A DNA stretch of 64,000 bases from a virus, in the IMG/VR virus record IMGVR_UViG_3300019360_000147, positions 1 to 64,000 of that record; one strand, given 5' to 3'. The notes below the pieces were generated by a model. That model saw nothing but the letters and a program-made list of their open reading frames with translations, did not search any database and was not told where the DNA came from. Below are positions 7,870 to 17,611 of this stretch, piece by piece; the stretch's first letter is position 1, and each line of letters opens with the position of its first letter. A program made the position numbers and the translations under genes.

Positions 7870-8630
7870 AGCTGACTGTGCGGCAGAAGATCGTGCGCAG
7901 ACTGGCCCGGATCAAGACACGGATGGCATATCAGTGGGAACGACCGACGCATTGTTGGTGCGGCGGGGAATTGTTCAGGGATATGAACAGCCTCGACCCA
8001 TCCGTATCGGCCTGTTCGGTATGCTGGACGCGGGCACTGCGCCACAGACTTACCGAAGCATCGTATGCTCGCTGGTACGCGAGCGGGGACTACCGGCGGT
8101 ATGTAATGGGAACGAGCGGCGTGGCCATCGGACAGGTGATGAAGGAAATACGTCGGGCGGCCGCTGCCGTAAAGTTCCTCGGTGATCACGGGGTCGCCAT
8201 TCGCGGCACTTGGGTTCTCGATGTCGGATCCGGTGCTGGCGGTTGGTTGCTCGTGGCGAAACTTTTCGGTGCATGTCGGGTGGTGGGCGTGGATGTCGAT
8301 GATCGTTCACGGGCGGTTCCGTCTGAGTTCGGTCTCTCGGTACTCAAGGCCAGGCCTCAGGACGGTTTGTGGGACCGGATAATCTGTAGTCACATCATAG
8401 AGCACATCATACACCCGGTGGAATTCTTGAAGGACGTGCGTTCGGTCCTCGGCAGGAACGGGTGCCTCTACATCGAAACGCCAGCGTGGGGGCCGAAGGC
8501 GGAAGTGAAATTGCCGCATCCGTTTTACTACAGCCCCGACTCGTTGCGGCTCTTGGCGACGCGGGCGGGATTGGAAGTGGTGGCCATGACGGATGGAATT
8601 CAGGCGGTGCTGCGGAGGCTGAGCAGCTAA
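7866..8630 (+). CDS. class I SAM-dependent methyltransferase
   Basis: VLDVGSGAG, VGVDVD, HIIEHIIHP, LYIETP. Confidence 0.9.
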   Translation: MKLTVRQKIVRRLARIKTRMAYQWERPTHCWCGGELFRDMNSLDPSVSACSVCWTRALRHRLTEASYARWYASGDYRRYVMGTSGVAIGQVMKEIRRAAAAVKFLGDHGVAIRGTWVLDVGSGAGGWLLVAKLFGACRVVGVDVDDRSRAVPSEFGLSVLKARPQDGLWDRIICSHIIEHIIHPVEFLKDVRSVLGRNGCLYIETPAWGPKAEVKLPHPFYYSPDSLRLLATRAGLEVVAMTDGIQAVLRRLSS

Positions 8631-8639
8631 CAGACAGTA

Positions 8640-9608
8640 ATGAAGAGAATTTGCTATCTGACAGATTCATTGTCGTGGATCCAAGCCCAGCGGGCCAAGG
8701 ACCTCCAGCCGTATCTTCCGGAGTACGCACTCATCCCGATGCTCCCGACTGATGCCCTTCGATACGCCCCGATCATCTTGGCCTATTACGACGCGGTATG
8801 GTTCGCCTCTTGGCGAATCATACTGGCAGAACCGAGGCTCATGGACGCATTGAATCTGTCTGCCTGCATGGCATCCGTGACCAGCCACTACCACATCGGC
8901 GGTGGCCTCAAGCCGGAGACGTGCTTTCGGAAGGGGACTGATCCCGACCAGGAATTCACCAAGGCCATCGAGGTGCTGACACGCTTCCGGCTCGTCACAT
9001 GCAACTCGAAGATTCTGTACGACCTCCTTTCGCCCCATCTGCCGGAGCTCGTGCTGGCGCAGAATGGGGTCGATGCGGAGTTCTTTCACCCATCAGCCGA
9101 GGGGCATCACTGGTTCGACAGACGTGTCATCTTCCCCTCCGTTGGCTGGGTGGGGAAGGACAAGGGGGCCAAGAATCTGGCGATATTCATGGAGGCGTAC
9201 CGGAAAATCGACGGGCCCTGGCCCCTGTTTCCCATGGTCGTTCCCAAGAAGCGGGGCGGGCCAGTGAAGACGCGGGGGGGGATGCGGAACTTCTACTGGC
9301 AGACGGATTTCCTCGCCTGTACGAGCTGGCACGAAGGCACGCCGAATCCGGCGCTGGAGGCTGCGGCATGTGGTCTACCAATTATCACCACAAGGGTAGG
9401 CAACATGCCAGAGTTCGTGACCGAAGGCGGTACCGGCTGGTTTATCGAACCGACAGCCGAGAGCCTGATCGCCTGCATAGAGCGGTTGAAGGAGATCACG
9501 CCTGAACAATACCGCCGCATGTCTCAGGCCATTCGGACCGAGATCGAAATGCACTGGACCTGGTCGAAGCGGGCCGTGGCGTATCGGAAGGCACTGGAGA
9601 CGCTATGA
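8640..9608 (+). CDS. GT4 family glycosyltransferase
   Basis: QNGVD; TSWHEGTPNPALEAAACGLPIITTRVG. Confidence 0.9.
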   Translation: MKRICYLTDSLSWIQAQRAKDLQPYLPEYALIPMLPTDALRYAPIILAYYDAVWFASWRIILAEPRLMDALNLSACMASVTSHYHIGGGLKPETCFRKGTDPDQEFTKAIEVLTRFRLVTCNSKILYDLLSPHLPELVLAQNGVDAEFFHPSAEGHHWFDRRVIFPSVGWVGKDKGAKNLAIFMEAYRKIDGPWPLFPMVVPKKRGGPVKTRGGMRNFYWQTDFLACTSWHEGTPNPALEAAACGLPIITTRVGNMPEFVTEGGTGWFIEPTAESLIACIERLKEITPEQYRRMSQAIRTEIEMHWTWSKRAVAYRKALETL

Positions 9609-10432
9609 TCCCCCCCCAGAACGTCTCCGAGGCCGTCTACCGCCGGGAGGTGGCGAAGCGGATCGGCCTATGTCGGCGGATCATCGCAGAGGACTGGATG
9701 CGTTTCCGTCCACTGATTCGGCTTGTCGTGCTGAGTTGCAAGCGCCCCAAGGAATTGGCGAGGCTCATGGATGGCTTGGTGCATATGCCATCGAACGAGC
9801 CGAAGATCTTTGCAACCCTGCTGGTTGATAACGGCTCAGGCGAAGCAGTGAGGCGCATCGCCGAGTCCTACGGATTCTTTGGTGATATGATCCTGCATGA
9901 GGCGAATATTGGTATGGGGGCGGCGCTCAATGGCGCACTCAGCAGTTTCCCGGCTGAGTTCATTCTCTTCATCGAGGACGATTTGGTTCTGGAGCGTCCG
10001 GGATTCCTGAGGGGCTGCTTGGACATCTTTCGCGAGTTCCAAGAGATCGGCCTCATCAAGCTCAAGCGCAAGGACGCCTGGGACGAGAAGCCCTACCGGC
10101 GCATCGGCCCCATGCAAACCACGACCACGGGCGTTCGGTTCCATCCGTGGCTGCCGTCCCCCCGGGGGTCCTTCCGGTGGGGCCAGCGCCCGTGGTATCC
10201 AGTCGGAGTGCACAACGTATGGAGCCTCGGACCGGTGATGTTCCGCTGGTGTGCGTGGAAAGAGGCCGGACCGATCCAGACTGGGCAGGGCAGGGGACAG
10301 GCCGTGGCGGCGGAGGAGGTGTACGCCCGCACATTCAATCAGCGGTGGCTGGCGGCGAGACCTGTTGATATTCAGCCGTTCTCGCAACCGGAGACGTTAG
10401 AGAGTCCGGGGTTCAGGGATGAGATCGCATAG
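9605..10432 (+). CDS. GT2 family glycosyltransferase
   Basis: VLSCKRP, LVDNGS, ILFIEDD. Confidence 0.85.
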   Translation: MIPPQNVSEAVYRREVAKRIGLCRRIIAEDWMRFRPLIRLVVLSCKRPKELARLMDGLVHMPSNEPKIFATLLVDNGSGEAVRRIAESYGFFGDMILHEANIGMGAALNGALSSFPAEFILFIEDDLVLERPGFLRGCLDIFREFQEIGLIKLKRKDAWDEKPYRRIGPMQTTTTGVRFHPWLPSPRGSFRWGQRPWYPVGVHNVWSLGPVMFRWCAWKEAGPIQTGQGRGQAVAAEEVYARTFNQRWLAARPVDIQPFSQPETLESPGFRDEIA

Positions 10433-10488
10433 GGCCAAGCGCATGGCGCAGAGCGGCGAATCTGCGGTGGCGGTAGAGAAGATAGAGA

Positions 10489-10523
10489 TTGACGTCCTCC
10501 CCGGACTGAAGTCCGGGGCGTCC
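10489..10523 (-). mobile_element. IS200/IS605 right-end-like hairpin (copy 2)
   Basis: Identical to 6307-6341; identity between the copies begins exactly at TTGAC. Confidence 0.7.
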
Positions 10524-10544
10524 GCGCCCATGGAGAATCTGTGC

Positions 10545-10719
10545 GGCACAATCGAGTCCGAAACTCAGAGGGGATTGCGAGCCAACCGGACCGTCTGCCC
10601 AGCCCCGCACGATCGGGCACAATCGAATCCGAAACTCAGAGGGGATTGCGAGTTGACGTAGCGTGAGAGGTTCCCAACCAGGGTTGTGGCACAATCGAAT
10701 CCGAAACTCAGAGGGGATT
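10545..10719 (+). CRISPR. satellite mini-array 3: 3 repeats, 2 spacers
   Basis: Repeats at 10545, 10616 and 10688 (truncated). Spacers of 34 and 35 bp. Confidence 0.95.
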
Positions 10720-10752
10720 TCTGATCAGAAAGGAGAGAGGAGACGAACCGCG

Positions 10753-11532
10753 ATGCGTCCTGACATCACGATCTGCATCCTCTCTGCCGTCGAGCCGCCG
10801 TTGCCAGAATGCGTGGAGGCAGTCCGAAAGATCCTGGCCTCGGACTCACGGATCGGAGGGATCATCTCCGTCACGGATGTATTCCCGATGTCAGCGGCCT
10901 TCAACGCGATGATCGAGCGGTGCCCGTCCCGCTTCATCGTCCAAGTGGACGGGGATGTGGTCCTCGAACCGTGGGCGGTTGAGCGGCTGTACAATTTCAT
11001 CCACTGGACACCACTGGTGTACATGGCCTGGGGGCAGTTGTGGGAATCCTATGACGACGGCCTGCGGGCCGGTGGATCGGTACGGATCTGGCGCAGATGG
11101 CCCGTGAAACTGTTCCGGTTTCGCGACGAGCGGTGCGTGGATCGGGGACTGCATTCGCGGATCAGACTGACGGGGATGCGTCGGGTCCAGGTCGAGGCGG
11201 GGTGGAAGTTTGGGACACACTACCCGCGGCAAACTCCCTTTGCCATATTCAGTAAGTCCCGTGGCGATGCGATGAAGTGGCGGGTGCTCGGCCGGAGCGA
11301 TCTGATCAGGGCCCACCACACGCAGTTCCCGCCTGGGCTGTCTCTCGACGCCCTGGGCCGCCTGTCGGGATTGCAGGCGCCGCAGGATGAGGTGTGGCGG
11401 TCGAAGGATGCTCGGAAGGACTGGCACGAATTCCTGCGGATCGGAGGGCGGTATGCGGGCAGTCAAGGCCAAGCGGCTGCGCAAGCAGGTGTACGGCGAT
11501 TTCAGTCAGCGGGAGCGAAAATATTACCGTGA
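10753..11532 (+). CDS. GT-A/GT2-like glycosyltransferase
   Basis: DITICIL; AFNAMIERC..FIVQVDGDVVL (DxD motif). Confidence 0.75.
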   Translation: MRPDITICILSAVEPPLPECVEAVRKILASDSRIGGIISVTDVFPMSAAFNAMIERCPSRFIVQVDGDVVLEPWAVERLYNFIHWTPLVYMAWGQLWESYDDGLRAGGSVRIWRRWPVKLFRFRDERCVDRGLHSRIRLTGMRRVQVEAGWKFGTHYPRQTPFAIFSKSRGDAMKWRVLGRSDLIRAHHTQFPPGLSLDALGRLSGLQAPQDEVWRSKDARKDWHEFLRIGGRYAGSQGQAAAQAGVRRFQSAGAKILP

Positions 11533-11596
11533 GGTCGGCGGGGTCATCCGCAACATGGGGAGGCGGGCGGAGTATCAGGAGCTGAAGCGGCGGTGA
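11453..11596 (+). CDS. small basic hypothetical protein
   Basis: SD GGAGG upstream; MRAVKAKRLRK; coupled to the next GTG. Confidence 0.45.
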   Translation: MRAVKAKRLRKQVYGDFSQRERKYYREVGGVIRNMGRRAEYQELKRR

Positions 11597-12693
11597 GAAT
11601 CCTGTTTTCGGCGAGCCATCTTTTGCACTGGAGACCTCTGATTCCCGTGGCAATCGAACTCTCCCACCGCGGCCACCAGATCACGGTGCAGACGACACGG
11701 CCCAACTGGCTGGGGATGCCCACGTACCAGATGGACTGGCGGCCGACGAACGTCACGGGGATCAACAAGGCGAGTCTGGCGTGGCTGGCGGGGAAGATCG
11801 GGTACGGGGAGGAGTGGCAGGCGGTGCAGGATTGGATCGTTTATGAGCGATGGTTTGTCCCTGAGGAGCAGGACGCAGCCGTAGCGACGACGAAGGACAT
11901 GCGCTTCCTGCGGGACATGGGTTTGCGGATCAATGGCTACATGACAACCTACGCCGTGGGCTACCAGCACTTCCCGGCCGTGATCACAGTCGGGGACTCT
12001 GCGTGGACAGACAAATTGCTCAGCGTCAACCCACCTCCACTGATGCCCGAGGCGTTCACCGAAACCCACCCTTTCGGTGCTGCACACGGGTTCGGCGGCC
12101 TTCCGCTAAGCGATCGGGTCACTCCCTGCGGCTTCCCGCATCTTGACAAGGTTCGGATAGATTGTGGGTCACGAATGAACGCCGTTTTGATCCAGCATCC
12201 CGGGGGACACCGAGGCATCGACGGGCACGCCTGGCTAGCGAACATCTGCAAGACGCTCGACTTCGCGGGATTGCGCGTCTATGTCTGCCCGCACTTCATT
12301 CCCGGTCGTGGGTACGATGCTGGCAACCTCGGCACAGCACTGGCCAGCCATGGGGGGCTCCAAGCGCATATGATCCGGAATTGGTGGGAGGTCGCTGGCG
12401 ACTGCGACCTGATACTCACCGCTGGCTCCTCCGCCGCCTACGAGCTGTGGTCGGTCGGGCTGACGAATGTGTTTATCCTTGGGTACGTCGGCGGGAAACG
12501 CCATGAGAAGTTTGGCCTGTTCCAGGACCTGATGATCGAGTCACCGGAGGCACTGCGGAAGCTACTGCGAGGCCTGCCTGGATCTGCCCAAGCGACTGGG
12601 GCACTGACGAAGGACGTCATGGCCGCCTATCGCAGCCTCCACACCGGCCAGGGGGCGAAGACGGCGGCGGATGTGATGGAGGGCAAACGTTGA
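11593..12693 (+). CDS. putative GT-B fold / polysaccharide biosynthesis protein
   Basis: MRILF..HWRPLIPVAIELSHRGH; GFPHLD; DLILTAGSSAAYE. Confidence 0.6.
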   Translation: MRILFSASHLLHWRPLIPVAIELSHRGHQITVQTTRPNWLGMPTYQMDWRPTNVTGINKASLAWLAGKIGYGEEWQAVQDWIVYERWFVPEEQDAAVATTKDMRFLRDMGLRINGYMTTYAVGYQHFPAVITVGDSAWTDKLLSVNPPPLMPEAFTETHPFGAAHGFGGLPLSDRVTPCGFPHLDKVRIDCGSRMNAVLIQHPGGHRGIDGHAWLANICKTLDFAGLRVYVCPHFIPGRGYDAGNLGTALASHGGLQAHMIRNWWEVAGDCDLILTAGSSAAYELWSVGLTNVFILGYVGGKRHEKFGLFQDLMIESPEALRKLLRGLPGSAQATGALTKDVMAAYRSLHTGQGAKTAADVMEGKR

Positions 12694-13673
12694 TAGACTG
12701 GAAGGATGCATCGGTCTTGGTGGTGGGTGGTGCTGGGATGCTCGGAGAGCCCCTTGTGCACTTGCTGCGTGACCGGGGTGCCACGGTCACGGTGTTCGAT
12801 TGCCTCATTCGCGCCGGGCGATTCCCGTTTGAATGGCAGCCGCCAGAAAGAGTGCGGCTTGTCCGGGGGTCTGCGACGAGCTGGGAGGCCCTGCTGCCGC
12901 ATGTGCACGGCAGCCGGGTCGTCTTCAATCTGGCCGCGAATCTTGGCGGCATCGTCCACAATCTCGAACGGCCGGTCGAGATGTTCCTGGACAACCTTGC
13001 GATCAAGCTCGGCATGTACCGGGCTCTGTGCGAAGCGTCCGGGGTGGAGACATGCGTGGACGCAAGTACCGCCTGCGTCTATTCGGCTGAGGCCGTGGTG
13101 CCCACGCCGGAGTCAGAGGTGCTGCCAGACCGCGGCCCCTGGTCCCCGGAGCGCAGCAACTTCGGCTATGGGATCGCGAAGCTCTGCGGGGAGTTCCTGA
13201 CGCACTACCTCCCGGACAGAGTGCGAACGATCACGGTCCGGTTCTCGAACTGCTACGGCCCTCATGACTTTTTCGGGGCAGGCTGCCACGTCATCCCGGC
13301 CCTGATCCAGCGGATTGCCTCCGGCGAAGATCCGCTGATGCTGTGGGGCGGGGGGAGTCAGAGCCGGACCTTCCTCTACAGCGAGGATGCGGCGTTGGCC
13401 CTGATCGAGTTGGCCGAACGAGCCCCGACGAAGACGATCTGCAATGTCGGTGTGGCCGAAGAGGTCACGATTACCCGACTGGCCCGGATGATCGCGGACA
13501 GTCTTGGCGTCACCCTGACGCTGCACGAGGATCACAGCAAGCCGCGGGGATACTGGAGGCGGGCGCCAGATTTGCGGACGGCAGAGGGACTGGGGCTGAG
13601 TTGCACGAAGGATTGGGTACGCTTGGAGGACGGGATCGGACGCACGGTGGCGTGGTGGAAAGCCCAGCGGTAA
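12690..13673 (+). CDS. NAD-dependent epimerase/dehydratase (extended SDR)
   Basis: VLVVGGAGMLG; NLAANLGG; STACVY; YGIAK; NCYGP. Confidence 0.93.
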   Translation: MIDWKDASVLVVGGAGMLGEPLVHLLRDRGATVTVFDCLIRAGRFPFEWQPPERVRLVRGSATSWEALLPHVHGSRVVFNLAANLGGIVHNLERPVEMFLDNLAIKLGMYRALCEASGVETCVDASTACVYSAEAVVPTPESEVLPDRGPWSPERSNFGYGIAKLCGEFLTHYLPDRVRTITVRFSNCYGPHDFFGAGCHVIPALIQRIASGEDPLMLWGGGSQSRTFLYSEDAALALIELAERAPTKTICNVGVAEEVTITRLARMIADSLGVTLTLHEDHSKPRGYWRRAPDLRTAEGLGLSCTKDWVRLEDGIGRTVAWWKAQR

Positions 13674-13942
13674 AGCGTAAGCCTGTCCGACTGGCCTGCC
13701 AGAAATGTCAGCGGACGGTGAGCCGGGAGTGGGCACGAGATCGGGGCTGGTGCCCCTGGTGCTATGCGGACGCCCCATATGATCTGCGACAGATTCGCCA
13801 GGCGCAGAGTCCGAGGCGCTGAGCGAGCAGAAAGGAGGTGGTACCGAGTGGCGAAGAAACCGAAGAAGAAGGGCAAGGGTCCGAAGCAACCGTAGTGGTC
13901 TGTCGGCCTCAAGACCTCTCCCTTGGGGCCGGGACTTGTGAT

Positions 13943-14662
13943 ATGATTGATTGCCTCGTGATGATCCCGGCAAAGGGCACCAGTCGGGGGCTACCTGGGA
14001 AGAATCTGCACGCACTGGCAGGTCGCCCGTTGGTCTCGTGGACGATCCAACAAGCCCTCGCCGCCGACATCGGGCCTGTCGTCGTGGTTACGGATGACAG
14101 GGACATCGCTGGAATCTCTGATGGGCTCGGCACTACGGTCTACGAAGAACCTGCCGAGATCGCTGAGGGCAGCGTCTCAATGGAATCTGTGATGTCGTGG
14201 TTCCTCGGCCAGTGCCGGGAGCGGTCGGGACACATGCCAGATTTCCTCATGGTCCTTCAGCCTACGAGCCCCCTCAAGCTCGCCAGCCATGTGCGGGACG
14301 CGGCCGCGATCGCCAAGACTGGTGCCTTCGACAGCGTGTTCTCGGCGGTTCCATCGGCTCATTGTTCGTGGCGGTATCAGGGGACGGACCTCTTGGGGGA
14401 GTGGCCGCAGGATTTGAAAGCAAAGTCGCGGCAGCGTATGCTTCGCCAGCACGCAGGCAGGCAGGTGACGGAGAATGGGGCGATCTACGCGGTGAGGACG
14501 GAGCGATTTTTGGTCGAGGAGACACGGTTCTGTGGGCGGGTGTATGCGTACGAGATGCCCCTCTGGACCGCGACCGAGATCGACGGGTCGGAGGAGTTGG
14601 CGATTGTGGAGTTGATCATGCGGGCACGATTGCAGTTGGGCTCAGACGGAGTCCGAACCTGA
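13943..14662 (+). CDS. neuA: acylneuraminate cytidylyltransferase (NeuA-like)
   Basis: IPAKGTSRGLPGKN; LQPTSP; ENGAIY; EID. Confidence 0.9.
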   Translation: MIDCLVMIPAKGTSRGLPGKNLHALAGRPLVSWTIQQALAADIGPVVVVTDDRDIAGISDGLGTTVYEEPAEIAEGSVSMESVMSWFLGQCRERSGHMPDFLMVLQPTSPLKLASHVRDAAAIAKTGAFDSVFSAVPSAHCSWRYQGTDLLGEWPQDLKAKSRQRMLRQHAGRQVTENGAIYAVRTERFLVEETRFCGRVYAYEMPLWTATEIDGSEELAIVELIMRARLQLGSDGVRT

Positions 14663-15555
14663 CCCCCATCACTATCGGCGGCATCCCTATCGGCGACGGG
14701 CATCCGTGTCGAATTGTCGCTGAGATCGGGACAAATCACCAAGGGGATCTTGACCTCGCCAAGTGGCTGATCAAGATGGCGAAGGATGTTGGTGCCGATC
14801 TGGTCAAGGGGCAAAAACGCACACCGGAGCTGGCGGTACCAAAAGACGAATGGAACGAGCCGCGGGACACGCCGTGGGGATACCAACTATCGAAACTCGA
14901 GTATCGCCGGCGGGTCGAGTTCGACGAGAGTCAGTGGGCCGAACTGCTCAGATTCGCAGCCGAAGTTGGCATTCCGCTGTTTGCCAGCGTCTGGGACGTG
15001 CCGTCCCTGGAGTGCATGGAACGGCTGGGATCTCCGTGTCACAAGATCCCGTCGGCGAGGCTGCAGGATAGGAACCTCCTTCTGGCTGCCGGATCGTATG
15101 ACCGCCCGCTGGTTCTCAGCACGGGCATGAGTACGTTTGGAGACGTGAGCCGAGCCGTAGCATGGGCGGCGTCCCCAGCCCAAGCAGACCGACGAAGCCT
15201 GCGTCTAATCCTCCTGCAGGCGACGAGTGCATATCCCGCCAAGGCCGAGGAATCGAACTTGCGGGTCATGCGATACTACCGAGAGTCTTTTGCCTGCCCC
15301 GTGGGTTTCAGCTCCCATAAGATCGGGATCGCGACCTGCCTCTTGGCCGTGGCAGTCGGAGCGAATCTGATTGAGCGGCACATTACTTTTTCGCGGGAGG
15401 CCAAGGGATCGGATCATCGAATGAGCAGCACGAGTCAGGACCTGACGCGGCTGGTGCAGGAGGTCCGGTATGCGGAGGCGTGCCTTGGGGACGGACTGAA
15501 AAAGGCGGAAGCAAGTGAACTTGCAGAGGCGAAGAGGTTGCGGGGGGCGGCATGA
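14659..15555 (+). CDS. neuB: N-acetylneuraminate/nonulosonate synthase (NeuB-like, no C-terminal SAF domain)
   Basis: IVAEIGTNHQGD; KGQKR; KIPS; LSTGMS; SAYP; GFSSH; IERHIT; GSDH. Probable CTG start. Confidence 0.9.
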   Translation: MTPITIGGIPIGDGHPCRIVAEIGTNHQGDLDLAKWLIKMAKDVGADLVKGQKRTPELAVPKDEWNEPRDTPWGYQLSKLEYRRRVEFDESQWAELLRFAAEVGIPLFASVWDVPSLECMERLGSPCHKIPSARLQDRNLLLAAGSYDRPLVLSTGMSTFGDVSRAVAWAASPAQADRRSLRLILLQATSAYPAKAEESNLRVMRYYRESFACPVGFSSHKIGIATCLLAVAVGANLIERHITFSREAKGSDHRMSSTSQDLTRLVQEVRYAEACLGDGLKKAEASELAEAKRLRGAA

Positions 15556-17282
15556 CCGCACAAGCCCACATCGACGCCTTGAAGCGGGAACGGGCTGGAC
15601 CCTTGTCTGCCTGGGGAACACCTGAGCGGGATCTGACGTGGCGGGCCCTCCGTCGGCAGTGGCACAAGCTGACGTGGGTGATGGCGATGGCCTTCACCTC
15701 CTCCGGGTTGGAGCTCCTGCGCATGGGGCTGCTGCTGGCTTTTCTGGGCTCGGCGCCCTTCCGCATCGCGCAGTGGATTCCTCGGGTGGCGCTGGAGACC
15801 GGACCACTCCTCACCGCCCTAGTGTGCGTGTCCGTGGCTGCGGCCGGACTGGACTGGTGGCGTCGGCATGTGGCTCTGCTGGTCCAGCGGGATTTCACCG
15901 AGCGCTTGCGAGCGGACGTCTGTCTGGCCATGCTGCACCGGCCGCTCGACTGGTTCACAGCCAACCCGGCCGGGCACGCCTCGTATCTGCTCAATGGCCA
16001 AGTCGGGCGGTTCTCGACGCTGGTCCCGATGGCATCGGATGGGGTGGCGGCCATTCTCCAGGGGCTGGCCGTAATCGCCCTGATGCTGTGGATGTCGGTT
16101 CCGCTGACCGTGCTGGCACTGACTGGCTCAGCGATCCTGTGGCTCTCCGTGCATCCGCTGCAACGGCGCATCCGGACGCTCAGCGTCGAGGTCTCGGTGG
16201 AAAGCGGCAAGACGGCGGCCAAGGCGGAGGAGTGCGCCTACGCCATCAAGCTCATCAAATCCTGCCGGACGGAGGCATTTGAGCGAGATCGGTACGCCGT
16301 CATGGCCCGGGCATTGGCCGAGAAGCAGGTGCGGCTGTCGGATCTGCGGAATGCGGCAGGGGGCATCACGCTGATCGGGTTCGTGGGAATCTTGGTCGGG
16401 GCCGTCTGGGCGGCACCGAATGGGACGATCCTCGCCGGCTTCGGCGTCCTGCTCCTGCGCCTGTACCCCTGCTTGACCAAACTCCTCGAAGCGAGGACGG
16501 CACTGGCGACGATGTCGGGGCATCTGGCGGCGGTGGCGGAGTTCCTGGATTCACCCACACCTCCCGGTGCTCCAAATTGGCAGGGTCGGGACGGGCTGTC
16601 TACAGATCGGATCCCACATGGCGGCATCTCCACAAGGGCCTTGGATGCCTTCTATACACCTGACAAGCCAGTGCTCGACGGGATTACTCTACAGATTCCC
16701 CGAGGACAGGCAACGGCGTTGGTCGGGTTGACGGGGTCTGGGAAGACCACGCTTCTAGATATTTTGGCAGGGATACGACCATCGCAACGGGGGGCTGTGG
16801 CAACACCAAATCCCATCGGCTACGTGACGCAGGAGCCGATTGTTCTGGCGGGTACACTCGCCGAGAACGGACTGTACGGAGCGTTCCGCAAGGCATCGGA
16901 TACCGTGCTTGGCAAGACAGCCAGCAACATTGGGATGAGGTTGGGCGATTCTCTCGCATCCAGAGGTGCGAATCTCTCGGGAGGTCAACGACAACTCGTC
17001 GCCCTTGGCCGTGTGGTGTGGCAAGGACCGGACGTATATCTCCTGGATGAACCGACGAGCGCCATGGACGCAGAAATCGAAGACCTGTCGATGGACATCA
17101 TCCTGGGAATGGCGAGGACAGCCATTGTTCTCATGGCCACACACAAGCTCTCCCTCGCTGCCCGCTTTGATCGCATCCTGGTCCTGCACCATGGGAAGAT
17201 TGTCCAGGATGGGACGCATGAGGAGTTGGTGAAGGAGGATGGGTTGTATCAACGGCTGTGGAAGTTACAGGAGATCACATGA
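15552..17282 (+). CDS. ABC exporter, fused TMD+ATPase (MsbA/PglK-like, possible glycan flippase)
   Basis: Multiple TM helices; GLTGSGKT, LSGGQRQ, LLDEPTSAMD, ATH. Confidence 0.92.
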   Translation: MTAQAHIDALKRERAGPLSAWGTPERDLTWRALRRQWHKLTWVMAMAFTSSGLELLRMGLLLAFLGSAPFRIAQWIPRVALETGPLLTALVCVSVAAAGLDWWRRHVALLVQRDFTERLRADVCLAMLHRPLDWFTANPAGHASYLLNGQVGRFSTLVPMASDGVAAILQGLAVIALMLWMSVPLTVLALTGSAILWLSVHPLQRRIRTLSVEVSVESGKTAAKAEECAYAIKLIKSCRTEAFERDRYAVMARALAEKQVRLSDLRNAAGGITLIGFVGILVGAVWAAPNGTILAGFGVLLLRLYPCLTKLLEARTALATMSGHLAAVAEFLDSPTPPGAPNWQGRDGLSTDRIPHGGISTRALDAFYTPDKPVLDGITLQIPRGQATALVGLTGSGKTTLLDILAGIRPSQRGAVATPNPIGYVTQEPIVLAGTLAENGLYGAFRKASDTVLGKTASNIGMRLGDSLASRGANLSGGQRQLVALGRVVWQGPDVYLLDEPTSAMDAEIEDLSMDIILGMARTAIVLMATHKLSLAARFDRILVLHHGKIVQDGTHEELVKEDGLYQRLWKLQEIT

Positions 17283-17611
17283 CGTTTCTTTTCGACGTGG
17301 ACGGCACGATCTGCAGCACCGACGGGACCGACTACGGCGGTGCCACGCCGATCCCCGAGATGGTGGACATCATCCGCGACTTGTATGGCGCGGGGCATAC
17401 GATCTACTTCATCACTGGGCGGGGCTTCATGGGGGGTGTCCACAAGGCGGAGACAATGCGACGGCGGACGCGGAAGCAGTTGGACGAATGGGGGGTGCCC
17501 TACCACGGGGTGTACAGCAAGCCCGCCGCGGACCTTGCGGTTGACGATACGGGCGTGAGTGCGGCAGACTTCAGGCTGCTCGTCCGGCTTCTGGGCAAGG
17601 AGCCAGTGTGA
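17279..17611 (+). CDS. HAD-family capsule-biosynthesis phosphatase-like protein
   Basis: FDVDGTIC; TGRG; KPAADLAVDD. Confidence 0.85.
   Translation: MTFLFDVDGTICSTDGTDYGGATPIPEMVDIIRDLYGAGHTIYFITGRGFMGGVHKAETMRRRTRKQLDEWGVPYHGVYSKPAADLAVDDTGVSAADFRLLVRLLGKEPV

Noticed and set aside
891-10687. Self-matches for spacers other than spacer 3 (e.g. 11-12 nt hits near 25461, 29817, 7473)
   Set aside because: Too short for a GC-rich 64-kb window. The search was by eye only, so weak matches may have been missed.
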